A DNA stretch of 64,000 bases from Massalongia carnosa (taxonomy: Eukaryota), in contig OZ287081.1 in NCBI GenBank assembly GCA_965645245.1, forward strand, positions 434,001-498,000, given 5' to 3'. The stretch's first letter is position 1; the number at the start of each line of letters is the position of its first letter. Positions 25,653 through 37,281 of this stretch are shown here, in pieces. Both the position numbers and the translations under genes were made by a program. The notes under the pieces were generated by a model. It ran no database searches. It saw nothing but the letters and a program-made list of their open reading frames with translations, and was not told where the DNA came from.

Positions 25653-26760
25653 GGTAGTTGGGAGAGAGGAATGCTTTGCGGAGTTTGGAAAGGGGGAGTT
25701 TTCGGTCACTTGGGGATTAGAGCGGGGCGGAGCGGAGCATGCATACATACCCGGCCGGTTGTTATTTTTTATGCGCCTTTGCGCGTGGTTTATGTAATTT
25801 TCAATTTCTACCCTTTTTGCCGAAACATCTCTCTGATCTCTCTTCGACCGGAAGCATTCGTTCAGTATATACATAGTGCTGGCCAGTAACTTTTTAGCGA
25901 TTATATTGACACCTCCTTTCCCTTTCCTTTTTTTTTTTAAGACGTCGTGGCGTTACGTACCTATGTTCCAATACCTATGTAAAGCTCCCTCTCTCTCTCG
26001 CTCACTCACTCGCTCATTTCCCCTACTTATGCACATCTATAATTATCTACCTACGAGAAAAAGAGAAAAGATGGATGGAAACCTGCACTGCACTGTCCTT
26101 TTTTTCTTTTATTTAAAACTAAAAAAAACGTATGTTTGTATATATGCTTTTATTCTTTCTCCAATACTTCAGCGCCACGATCCTTCGACACATTAACACC
26201 CGCCACTCTTTCAACCAACTAAATCTAGCAAGACCACGACAGACCGACCGTACAGAAAACAAAAATCGAAATCGAAAAGCGTCCAACCCTTCCCTTCTCG
26301 TTTCCCCTAACTCAAGTCGAATTTCTTGTAAGAAAATCAGATCCGAAGTTACCCCATGACGTCGAAAACCGGAAAAAAAAATCATTATAGCTAGAGAGAG
26401 ATGCTCACATGTAAAACATATGTTTAACTCGTACTTGTTAATGCATCTTATCTTTATCTTTCTCGCTGGTGGTGTGATTATATATGTACGTAAAATCGAA
26501 GTGTATATATATTTTTAGGGTGTTGGTTACTGTGAGGGGAAGTCGCGTGTGGTTTTTTGATGATTGGTTAATTGGTAGGTATATGTTATGTTGTTTATTC
26601 TTTCTCCTCTTCTTATGGTCAAGGAGGTGTTTGCTATAGCAAAAAATCTGGTCAATAAGGTCTTCTGGAAGACCCCCTCAAACTTCCTTCCTTCTAGATA
26701 GCATTAATTTAATCACCTTTCAAAGCCTTCAGTCTGCTACTAAGCCTCCTGTACTCAAAG

Positions 26761-26851
26761 TTTTCAACATTTTCGACGAGCTCATGATCGTTCGTTAGTC
26801 GTTGGTGCCTATTTGTTTTAGCACTTCGTATCTGCCGTCGATTAGCCTGCA
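26761..26851 (-). repeat. Isolated internal fragment of Tad1-like LINE ORF2
   Basis: Reverse complement matches 60844-60934 with one visible mismatch. Confidence 0.85.
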
Positions 26852-27189
26852 TTAGAGGGGGCGAGTACATAGATGCTCTGCAGCAATCAATCACCTAATT
26901 AATCTCCATATCAGGTTGACATCGGATTTCCATTTGAATTAAGTACATTCCCCGCAAGTCTCACGTGCCGGCACCGCCCTGCCTCAAAACTCCCTTTGAG
27001 GTGCCTCCGTGCCTCCAGACTGATACGTAACCCAGAGCCATCTCAGCCACGAAAATTAGACCCCGTTAAATTGACAATGTAAAGTGATTTCGCTCCGCTC
27101 AATAGTCTTTTACTTATTTGAGTTTGATGATTTATGCCGACATGCCAAGCACAACTATTTTAGTACTTGGTTTCCAAAACTCCAGATGG

Positions 27190-27930
27190 TCAGAACGCTT
27201 CTTTTGGTAATTCACTGTCGCTCTCCAGTTCCAGACGAACAAGACCAATGGTACCGAGGGGCCCCACAATTGAGAAGACGATGAAGCCAAATGAAGCACG
27301 CTGAAACCTAGTGTCCTCTTTCAGACTTGTACTCCACCCAACCTGCATGGCCGTCAAGACGACAACAATGTAGACGGTTGCAGCGGTCAACCAGGCAATG
27401 TTATCCTGAAAGAAGCTTCCGTACTGGTTCCAGTGTGACATATACCCGCCCAGAAATAGTGGCTGCCGCGAGAAACGATATATCAAGTTCAAACGGTGCA
27501 AACGGAGCTCTCCGTACTTGAATCGTTCATCGATTTGAGAATAGAAGTTCCCGTCCTCAGCGCCGAGCTGCTCTGCTAGGGTCACCCACGCAGTCCACTT
27601 CATATCTTTTGAAAGCAAGTTTTTCTCCTGCGCAATCTTGAAATCGCTCTCATATGCGATGAGGGAGGCATAAGAGAATAGGAAGCCAAGCCGAATCACA
27701 TCCTACTAGATCTCCCACCTCGTTCCCACCAAGTTCAATCATGCCCTTCGAAAGCCGCTGCCAGGGCAGCCGATCCTCGGAGCTCCCAAAGCATCATGAT
27801 TGTCTCCATGCCAAAGCCGTGAGCCACTGTGATTCCTACCTTCTCTTCAGCGGTAGTCGCACAGAGTAGTCGAGCAGTAAAAGCTAAGCATCTGCGACAC
27901 AGTTGCTGGCTTAGCACAAGCTATGAGAGT
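27190..27930 (-). pseudogene. DUF6601-like fungal membrane protein remnant
   Basis: GFLFSYASLIAYESDFKIA, RFKYGELRLHRLN.IYR and VYIVVVLTAMQVG motifs. The 5' part is broken. Confidence 0.65.
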
Positions 27931-28359
27931 ATGTTAGAAAAGAGCAGAGCAATCAAAGATGGAGGGAGTGGCTTAACGATCATGACAAGAACGATTTCGA
28001 CCTTATAGAACAACGTCACAACTTCATTGTTTTCATGTTTGTAACGTCGTCGTCGCTTGATATGATCATGATCAATGTATTTTTGATTTTTTCGTTATAA
28101 TTTTCAATCTTTATTTATGTTTATAACGTGCAGAGCAATTTTACATACATCTTGTTATTTTCGTTAAGTCGATTCTCGATTTCTATGCGAAGTGCAATCA
28201 GATTGCCCCACATGAACTTTACAAAGAACAGAAATTTCAGGAAACTTTTTATACAAATTCTACTTGAATTCATTCGAAGAAATAGCCCGTGTCAAACGAA
28301 AAAGCAAGACGTCAAAATGTCGAAAAATCGCAATAATACACGATTTATTACGAATATCT

Positions 28360-31300
28360 GACCGTAATATTTAGTTTTGCGCTCAGACGTGCTATCGCAG
28401 CCACGTTAGTCAGCTGGGACGCTAATCCGAAGGAGCTTAGCGAAATAGGCTAACCCGGAGGGGCTTAGACGGCTTCTAGAGCCCACGCACGTAATCTTTC
28501 TGTTAGCTGACAAAGCTAATGTTGGACTATCAGACTCTGGAACCGAGGATAAGCCGACTCCCGAAGATAAGCCATTAGAAATGGCGATGATAGGGGGCTG
28601 CTGCATACCTACTACTATCTAGACAAGAGAATGTCGAATTGTTCTCCATCTCTTTGAAAGACATCGAGTATCAGCTGAGCAAGGAAGACCGCCCGCCAAC
28701 TGACCCAAAAACGGTAGTTCCCCTCGAGTACCACAAATTCCTAGATGTCTTTTCCAAGGCCGCATCCGACACCCTGGTACCCTATCGGACCTATGATCAC
28801 AGAATCATTTTGGAAGGAGACAAAGATCATAGACATAGTCCGCTTCAGAGTATGTCGCAGAAAGAACTGGAGTTCTTCAAGAGATACCTCGAGGACAACC
28901 TTCGAAAGGGGGTTTATTGAGGCGAGTCATGCTGCGTGCGCTTCCCTATTCTGTTAGCCAAGAAGCCAAACCGAGGCCTGCGTTTCTGTGTTGATTATCG
29001 GAGGCTAAATCAGTTTTCGAAGAAAGACCGCAATTCCATTCCTCTGATAGAAGAAACCCCGGGCACAGCTGAAGGAGCTAAGGTTTTCTCAAAGATTGAC
29101 ATTCGGCAAGCGTTCCACAAGCTCAAGCTGGCCATAGAATCTGAAGATCTGACAACGTTTAACTCACGTTTTGGAGCCTATAAATATAAGGTACTTCCAT
29201 TCGGACTTTCTTGCGGACTAGCTTCCTGGCAACACTACATTAACGACGTGCTATTCGACTACCTGGATAAATTCTGCACGGCATATCTGGATGACATCCT
29301 GATCTATAGCAAGAACCTGAAGGAGCACCGGGAGCACGTCCGGGTCGTTCTAACCAAACTTCGGGAAGCGGGACTACAAGCAGATATACAGAAATGCGAA
29401 TTCCATGTGACGGAGACCAAATACTTTTGATTGATCATAAGCGTCGATAGCATTCGCATGGACCCAGCTAAGGTCAAAGCCATTCAGGAATGGGAGATCT
29501 CAACTTACCTGCGTGAGGTCAGGTCGTTCATTGGTTTTTGCAATTTCTACCGACGGTTCATCACGGGTTTCTCAAAAATAGCCAAACCCCTGAACGCACT
29601 AACAAAGAAAGAAAGAATCTTTGAATGAACCCCAGCATGTGAAAAGGCTTTTCGGACTCTGCAAAAACGAATCGGCGAAGCCCTAATTCTAATACACTTC
29701 GACCGGGACAAGCAGTGTTACTTGGAAACTGACTCTTCTGACCCCGCCAATGGTGGCGTGCTTTCCCAAGTGGAGGACGACGGAGAACTTCACCCGGTAG
29801 CGTTCTTCTCTAAGAAAATGAGCCCTGCGGAGTGCAACTACGAAATCTACGACAAGGAACTGCTGGCAATCATTCGATGCTTTGAACAATGGAAACCGGA
29901 ACTGAAGGGCACCGATTTACAAGTGAAGATCTTCACCGATCACCGAAGTCTGGAGTATTTCATGTCCACCAAAAAGCTGACCAGAAGACAGGCTCGTTGG
30001 GCGGAATTCCTTTCGGAGTTCAATTTCGTCATCACGTATCGACTAGGGAAGAAGAATGAAAAGGTAGAGGCCCTGACCCGAAGGCCAAACGATAAGCCTC
30101 AGAACGAGGAAGACGAACTACAACAGCATCAGCTTCAAACACTGTTGCCCTCGGAAATAGTGGAACTACAGCTCAACGAAGAAGCCACGGAACCCGATGA
30201 AACTGCCACCGACCCCGACTCACACTTTGGACGAAAAGGTAAAACGGGAAAAGCTCGAAGACGAACTTTGCACGAAGATCAGGAAAGCGCTGGAAGACAA
30301 CGACACCCCCTCGGATAACACCTTGCCAGACATAAAGAATTGTACAGTAAAAGATGGACTGCTATAGAAGCGGAAACGCTTATGGGTCCCGGACAACAAA
30401 GAAACAATTCTCGAAGTCGTACGGCAAATTCATGACCAGATTGTGGTAGGGCACCCCGGAATAGCCAGGACTATTCAGACGATTTCTCGGAATTTGTACT
30501 GACTGAATATGGGCAATGACGTTCGCCGCTATATTCGTAGTTATCATGTTTGCAGACCGGCAAAAGCACCCAGGGATAAATACAACGGACTACTGAAACC
30601 GCTGCCCATACCCGACAAGCCATGGTCAGACATCACCCTCGACTATGTGACAGGGCTCGCCAAAAGCAAAGAAAAGTACGACGCCTTCCTAATGGTAGTG
30701 GACCGGATGTCCAAGGAAAGACACTACATCCCATGCACATGTAGCGACGAAGGAACGATTGCCGAGGCCCCGGCGAAACTGCTCATTGACAACGTCTGGC
30801 GCTATCATGGCCTTCCAAACAGCATGATTTCAGATCGAGGACGCAAGTTCGTGTCTGCAGTGTGGAAAGCCTGGTCCAAAATCCTCGGAATCACAGCGAA
30901 ACTGTCGACTGCCTACCATCCAGAAACAGATCGACAAAGCGAGATAGCGAACCAAGAAATGGAACGTCACCTCAGAAGTTTCACCAACTACAACCAGGAT
31001 AACTGGGCGAACCTTCTTTCGATGGCCGAGTTCGCTGCTAACAGTGCACCGCCAGCCACTACTAGGCTTTCACCATCCATGGCCACGAAAGGATATGAAC
31101 CGAAGATGAGCTTTGATCTAGCAGATTTGTCTGCTTCTTCTACCAGAGAAAGACTGGCCAACGCCAAGGCTCGAGCTATCACAGACGACATGTAGAAAGT
31201 CTGGAAATTCGTCAAGAAAAACATAGAGCGAGCTCAGGAAAGGCAAAGAATAGCGGCTGACCGACACCGGACGGAAGTCTCTTACGAGGAAGGAGACATG

Positions 31301-31405
31301 GTGTAGTTGTCAACCAAGAACATCAAGACTGAGAGGGCATGCAAGAAATTAGATCATAGGATGATCAGTCCCTACCAAGTCAAGAAATTGATAGGATCAT
31401 CTTCC
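28360..31405 (+). mobile_element. Decayed Ty3/gypsy LTR-retrotransposon pol (RT, RNase H, integrase)
   Basis: [71 protein letters not shown] and GPY-like SPYQV. Many stops and frameshifts. No paired LTRs seen. Confidence 0.93.
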
Positions 31406-31604
31406 GTTTGCCAACAAGGTCAGCATCTCCCATGGCAGCGGGGCATGCTTTGGATACACGTTTCACAAGATCTAGCGGCTCTAAAACACCTGCTTCTTGG
31501 GAAGGTGTCGACGGTATTGCTGCTGCAGAAAGAAAATCGAAGGGAACCTGAGCAGAAGCCGAGCAGAAGAGCAGAATCACCGGGAGCAGACTTCTTCGAA
31601 TCAT
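31406..31604 (-). pseudogene. 5' fragment of a secreted protein gene abutting the gypsy remnant
   Basis: MIRRSLLPVILLFCSASAQ signal peptide and a Kex2-like LVKR site, after which the frame runs into antisense gypsy sequence. Confidence 0.4.
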
Positions 31605-32904
31605 CCTCAAAATAGACCCTAAATCATCAAGTAATGAAGTTCGGGATAATGGGACGAGATGTACATAGTTGGGGGAAACCACGCAATCAGAAAACCATAG
31701 AAGATTGGCACCATTGGCACCATGGTCCCTAGTCCATTGACCAACAAGAAATACGCACGAGAAATGCGGTTGTAATATAAATGATGAAGCGGACGAACGA
31801 CGAAGGACGTACTTGTCACGGCGGATTCACTGAATGTAACCCCGGAAGGACTCGGGTCAAGACGAGACAGACATTGGGAAGCTTGAAAGAACGCCTGAAA
31901 AGACCATAGCTGATGGATAATCTGCGGTAAGTGAAACTGGACAATATGTCCTGGAAAGTGATTCCATTAACATCTGAAATCGCTACGGCCTCAAAAAAGA
32001 AAATTCGGAGCAGGCGGATCCAGCCGCTGATGAGATAAAGAGTTTAAATCGGTGACGCATATGTGGTTTGATACGGGGATAGATTGCGGACAGCGCGGAA
32101 ATGTGTGGTGGACTGATGATTTAAACGCTCGGAGAAAGCTCTTATCTGGGCTTCTCGGCTCAAGATAAAGCAATACCTTATGACTATCAGGATTTTGGAA
32201 TGGTGGGGGTTTTGAAATGTTCGTGTAGAGATCCTAACGCCGCAGATTGTTATGGGCTATGTGCTGTCATCACAGAGCGGAGGTAGGCAGGTTGACTGTA
32301 TAGAGTGCTCCGTATCGTATACAAGTGCTCCGTACACCGTATAGAATACCGAGTACGGAGTAGAAAACCGTCTTCGGACGGACTTCGGGTGGAATTCGGG
32401 TGGACTTCGGGTAGTTACAGGATGGACTCCGAGAGCGCTATACTCGGTACGGACTAGTTTAACGTATACTCGTGCGCGAGCATTTCAACACACATACAAG
32501 GCAATAACCATAAACACAGATCTGTCACAGCATATTACTTCTGTGACCGAGCCTTCCTTGTGTCACGAGGTACTCTTGATCTTCGAGCAGCAGTGATTGG
32601 AAGGTGTGAATATATGAAATCAATTGACAGTGCATTTCAGCCCTCACAAGCTTCAAAGTCAAAAGGAAAGTTTGTTGATACTTGGAATTGTTTGCCGTAG
32701 CGTAGGAAACCTTTCATTCAATCTCAACATCTTTCAATTCACGACTCAGAACCTTTTGATTCTCGAAAGTCCAATGCAAGCATCGTGTCTTCCTGCTCAA
32801 CTTCTTTCAAGCTCCCTTGACAACCCCCCAATTAGGATTGACTGTTCCTTGTTTTGTCAGCCTCCTATTCTCTCAAACTATAAAAAATAATAGCACCGTA
32901 CACA

Positions 32905-34274
32905 ATGACAGTCACTTCATACTCCAGCAAAAGCTTCCATGTCCCCGTGAGAACACTGAGCAAACGTAGGGAAGAGACTCTATTTGAGCTCGAGAACACG
33001 AGAGATGAGATTAAGTCCAGGTTGAAAGAAGTCAGGAAGAAGCTCAAAGCAAGAGGCTCATTGAATTTCGCGTAAGTTTATTTGTTTACGTGCAGCTTCT
33101 TCAATGCCCAACCATTAACAATGCGTGCCTTATCTATAGGTACTGGGATGATCGAAAGAGCATCGTGAGTCAGGAGTGGCGACATATTCAAGTCCAACGT
33201 AGAATTTCCTTAAAGTTGTTTTGTCAACGTGGAGGAAAAGAGGAGCAATGGTTGGGGACAGAGGCAGCTAGGCAGTTCCTCGAAAAAGAGAAGGTTTGCG
33301 AGTTAGCCGGGAAATTGTTTCAAAAACAGGCCGTAAGGCTTAAAAGTGGTAAGCCGACTAGTAGCCTCACACGATTTGCCCAAGAGAATTTCATGGAGAT
33401 GTTCACCAAGGCGTCCGTGGGGTTGTACGTCGGAGGAGTCAGCTGAGAAACCATTGACGAGTCGAATTTTCGAAAAAAAACAATCACCGCCTACAATGCG
33501 ACCAGACCCCACCCAACAAATAAAGACTTATGGTGTCCCATTCTACAACTGTACGCCCCCGGTAGTGCTATGACTGCAACTCACATCTTTTCATATTCTC
33601 ACGGGCAAAAGCTCATGAATGCAAGCTACGGGACCGAGAATGAGAATGAAATCTGTTCTCCATTCAATGGACTCCTATTAGTAACAGAGGTCGAGGAAAT
33701 GTTTGACAGAGGGTATATAGTAATAGTGCCACTAGTCGAGAATGAATCGTCAGAGCACGCCCTTCAAAATTGGCATGCGTCCGAGCCAAAGCGATATAAG
33801 GTAAGAATCGTGGACCCAGAGGCCAAAAAGATGCAAGAATCGCCACCCTTGTCCCTAGACAAGAGATGGAGAGATCTAGACCACCAGGAGCTCGCATTCC
33901 TCGGCGACCATCGGCCGCGTGCCCGTTATATCTATTTCCACTATTGCGTCACCATACTAAGAAGGTCACATCACCAATCCGAACATACCAAGATCCTCCG
34001 CGATGAATTGGGCAAAAAGTTCTGGGGCGCTCCAGGCCCATACTTGCGCCGCAAGTTCTTGCTGGCATTTGTGGAGGAGATGGGCCATGCGGAGCTACTA
34101 GAGGGGGCTCATCAGGTTGATGACGAGGATCAGGAGCCGGATGATCTCGTGCTCGCCACCGCCAATGAAGCGATTGGGATATCTGCTCGCAACGATAGCG
34201 AGATTGATGAGGAGGATGATGAGGATGATGATGAGGATTATGATGAGGATTATGATGAGGAGGAGGATGAATGA
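32905..34274 (+). pseudogene. Fungal HNH-endonuclease-domain gene with one in-frame TGA
   Basis: Exon 32905-33071, intron 33072-33139 (GTAAGT..TAG), then one frame to 34274 except TGA at 33444-33446. Motifs SNFRKK..Y, WCPIL, ATHIF, NGLLL..E..FD, RPRARYIYFHY and an acidic tail. Confidence 0.75.
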
Positions 34275-34793
34275 AGCCCTCAGGGAATTTTGTTGCAGCA
34301 AATAGTTGAAGGCAACTAATACGAAGCTTTGAGATAGCTACCACTGATCATGTTACGATAGACTAGATAAGTCTCCGTATGGCAGATTTATTTCTTATGC
34401 AATAAGAGATAGGGTTATGCTATCGCTACATCTCTTTGCTATGCTGCTACACCTCCCAATCGATGCTGTAATCCGAATCAATAATCAATAATGATGATGA
34501 GGAGAAGAATGCCAGAAGGTCATCTGTCCATGCTCTCTTTTTCTTCTTCTTCTTCTTCTTGTTCAATTAATTTAAAACACCGTTCCCTTTCCCTTTCGCC
34601 CTCGATCTCCATTGACTATTCTCCTTTGACCCCCATCGACTGACTGTTCACGAACTGCTTCCACCAGATCCCGGGCATCACCTTTCGCCCTAGCTGAGTT
34701 ACTTTTATCTCACATTGTATGACTATTTCCGAAACGTCGAAAACGTCGATTCCCGAATGTCCCCTGACATATCTCGTGTACAGCGACGTAGAG

Positions 34794-36801
34794 TCATGAA
34801 CGTTCCTCATCTCGCAAGAGAACGCGAGGCACTTCGCGCCTTTCTTCCACGCTTGTTACTTCGACCGGAGAGGGCCGTCTCTCATCGGTGCGTGCCTCGG
34901 CAATTCCTTCTTTCTCACGCATCGCTAAACATCCAGAGCAATAGTCCGCTACCGCGCAACCCAAGAGAGAAAAAATTAATTTCAGCCGCTCGTCTTCCAC
35001 AATATTCGAAAAGATGGGAGAGAGGGGTGGGAACAAAATACCTTCTGGATGCCTGGGGGTGAGCCAAGCGGCTGTGACAAGGTTGAACAGCATCCACAGC
35101 GCTTGCATAAACACGAGGTCGGCGATGACGACGGATACAATAATCGTCCCATCGATTTCTGGCGCGGGACCTGGCAGAGATACTTCATCGAGATGACGGA
35201 GGGCGAAGTCCCCAGGTTTCCGGTCTGATGTTTAAAATCCGTGTAACTCCTATTGCCGGACCCGGGGATCGCGTTTGCAAGATGCTTCAGCATGTAGCTA
35301 AAGTTCTATGTGTAAAATTGAAGCGTTGTTTCATTGAGCAAGATGTTTGGGGATGCGCTGGTTTGGCCCAGATCGGTGAGGATGGTGGAATAGAAGGATT
35401 TGGCGAGGCCGTCCGCTGCGAACCAGATGTTCGGCAGGGTTCCGAAGGATTCCAGATTGGACAGGGTGAGGGACAGGCCAGGCTGGCTGAGATCATGTTG
35501 GAGTCCTGAGTTTCCTGGATAAAGGATTCCTGCGTCGATTTGGTTCGTTAGCCAGCGATAGTCGACGTCCCAGAAATTGGGGTCTGTGATATCTTTGATC
35601 GGATCGGATGGATTGTGTCTTCGGAAATCTAGAGGCAACTGTAAGTACACTAGACTCGGATAGAGTCAGGTGGAGGTAAGAACTCGCATATTGTTCCCTT
35701 TCTTAAGTCGTTGACGGTGCTGTTTCCCTCTGCTCGGATATCTTGCATTGCCCTGGATACATATGCCCAATACATAGATCTTGGAAACATTGATTATAAT
35801 CCCAACTACTGAGGCTTAAAGGCCCTTAACCTACAATAGCGTTTCTCCCCACCATAAGCTCGCCTTCGTTAGCGCATTCGTGCTCAGGAAGGAAAACGTC
35901 TGGTTGGGATCATAGTCCTTCGATGTAGGCAAACCAGCTGTTGGTGGCACAAAGTCGTATTCCGAAGTTAGATTGAACGAAGTGAATCCTTGGTCGTTTT
36001 CGATACTGCAAGTAATGAAAGCCTTTTTGCAGCAGCGATATCAGGCTTGCAATTCTCAAGGAGCTTGGGGAGTACAAACTCGAACATTCTGTCCCCATTG
36101 AGTCCAACAATACTGTGCCGCAGAGCGATCCTCTGCCTCGAAGTCAATCTGTACGGTTTTTATTACGCAAGATCGCAGTGGATTGTTCAGGTATGTAAGA
36201 GAGGGTGAAAGTGTCGAAGAAATTGCGTTGGAAGGCTGCCAAACGTTTGTGAGGGTATACAAGAGTTCAGTATGATTGGTGAAGATTTCTAAATAGCGTT
36301 AGAGCTTATATGAAATTCGAAGCAATGAAAGGAAATACATGAAATCCAAATACGAACCTGTATTAACCTGAAGATCTTGTGGCTGACACTCGGGTCGGAT
36401 CTGTATTCTGATCGTCAGTAGCCCATCTGAAATATTTTCATCTTCCTATTGACCGCACTAATACATAGACTTGAGACGTCAATATCATCTTGGGCCATGG
36501 CGTTAGACTCTTAAATCAATTACCTGGCTCGTAAAATATGATGGCCATCGGTTCAACCACTGATATTCAAAGACCGTCGAGTTCGGGTCTGCGACGCTAA
36601 TTATGCTACATCCAGGTCATACTGGTAGTTAAGAGATGTTGAAACGGAGCATGATATTGAGTTCGAGAAGTACCTTTGACCGAAACCGTTCGAAATGAAG
36701 TTCAGCCAAGAAAATAAGACTAGAAAAAGAAAGCCTCCACCAAGAACGACTGGTGTGAACCAACGATAAGGATAGGATCGCGAAATATTATACGCGAACA
36801 T
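34794..36801 (-). CDS. Conserved fungal membrane protein (N- and C-terminal TM), multi-exon, possibly frameshifted pseudogene
   Basis: N-terminal FAYNISRSYPYRWFTPVV + TM, YTLTNVW, YLNNPL..C, FYSTILTDLGQ, YLCQVPRQKS and C-terminal ADLVFMQALW. The pieces lie in different frames. Confidence 0.65.
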
Positions 36802-36989
36802 GGACGAAGCTATTTAGTAGTCGCGCTCATGAAGAGGTCGTTTCAATGAGGATGCAAACTTGGAAAACTTGGACGTCGCTGCTAAAATACGAAGCGATAA
36901 ATAATCGATTCACTGCATCGATATTAAAGTAGAGGAAATCTAGAACATTGATACTAAGCTTCGGAGCACGGTGATTGAGGAATTTGATT

Positions 36990-37152
36990 GGTAGATGGAG
37001 TTTTTCCCCTCGCTGCTGCCAAAACAAAGCCATTATAGGAGGGGCCCTCAGCAAAACTGAGCGCCAGCAGGGCAGCAGCGAGGGGAGAGTTGCCCAAATA
37101 TAGATAGAAATTATGTATATGTTCAGCTGACACGATGGAGCCCGCGAATTAC
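36990..37152. repeat. Dispersed repeat copy B containing an 80-bp stem-loop
   Basis: Matches 3027-3110 and additionally carries a perfect 16-bp IR at 37005-37020 / 37071-37086. Confidence 0.85.
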
Positions 37153-37281
37153 ACAAAGCCCATTTCAATGGGAAGGCTAAACTGCCCTACAAATCAAAGG
37201 TTGTCTTTCCAACCTCAAGCGACAGCAAGACCCACCCGTAACCCTAACTTATGCATCCTTCAGCCCAACCGAACATCAAGT

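Noticed and set aside
3027..37152. 34-kb giant element (e.g. Starship) bounded by direct repeats
   Set aside because: No tyrosine-recombinase/DUF3435 captain is recognisable, and the repeats are better explained as dispersed copies.
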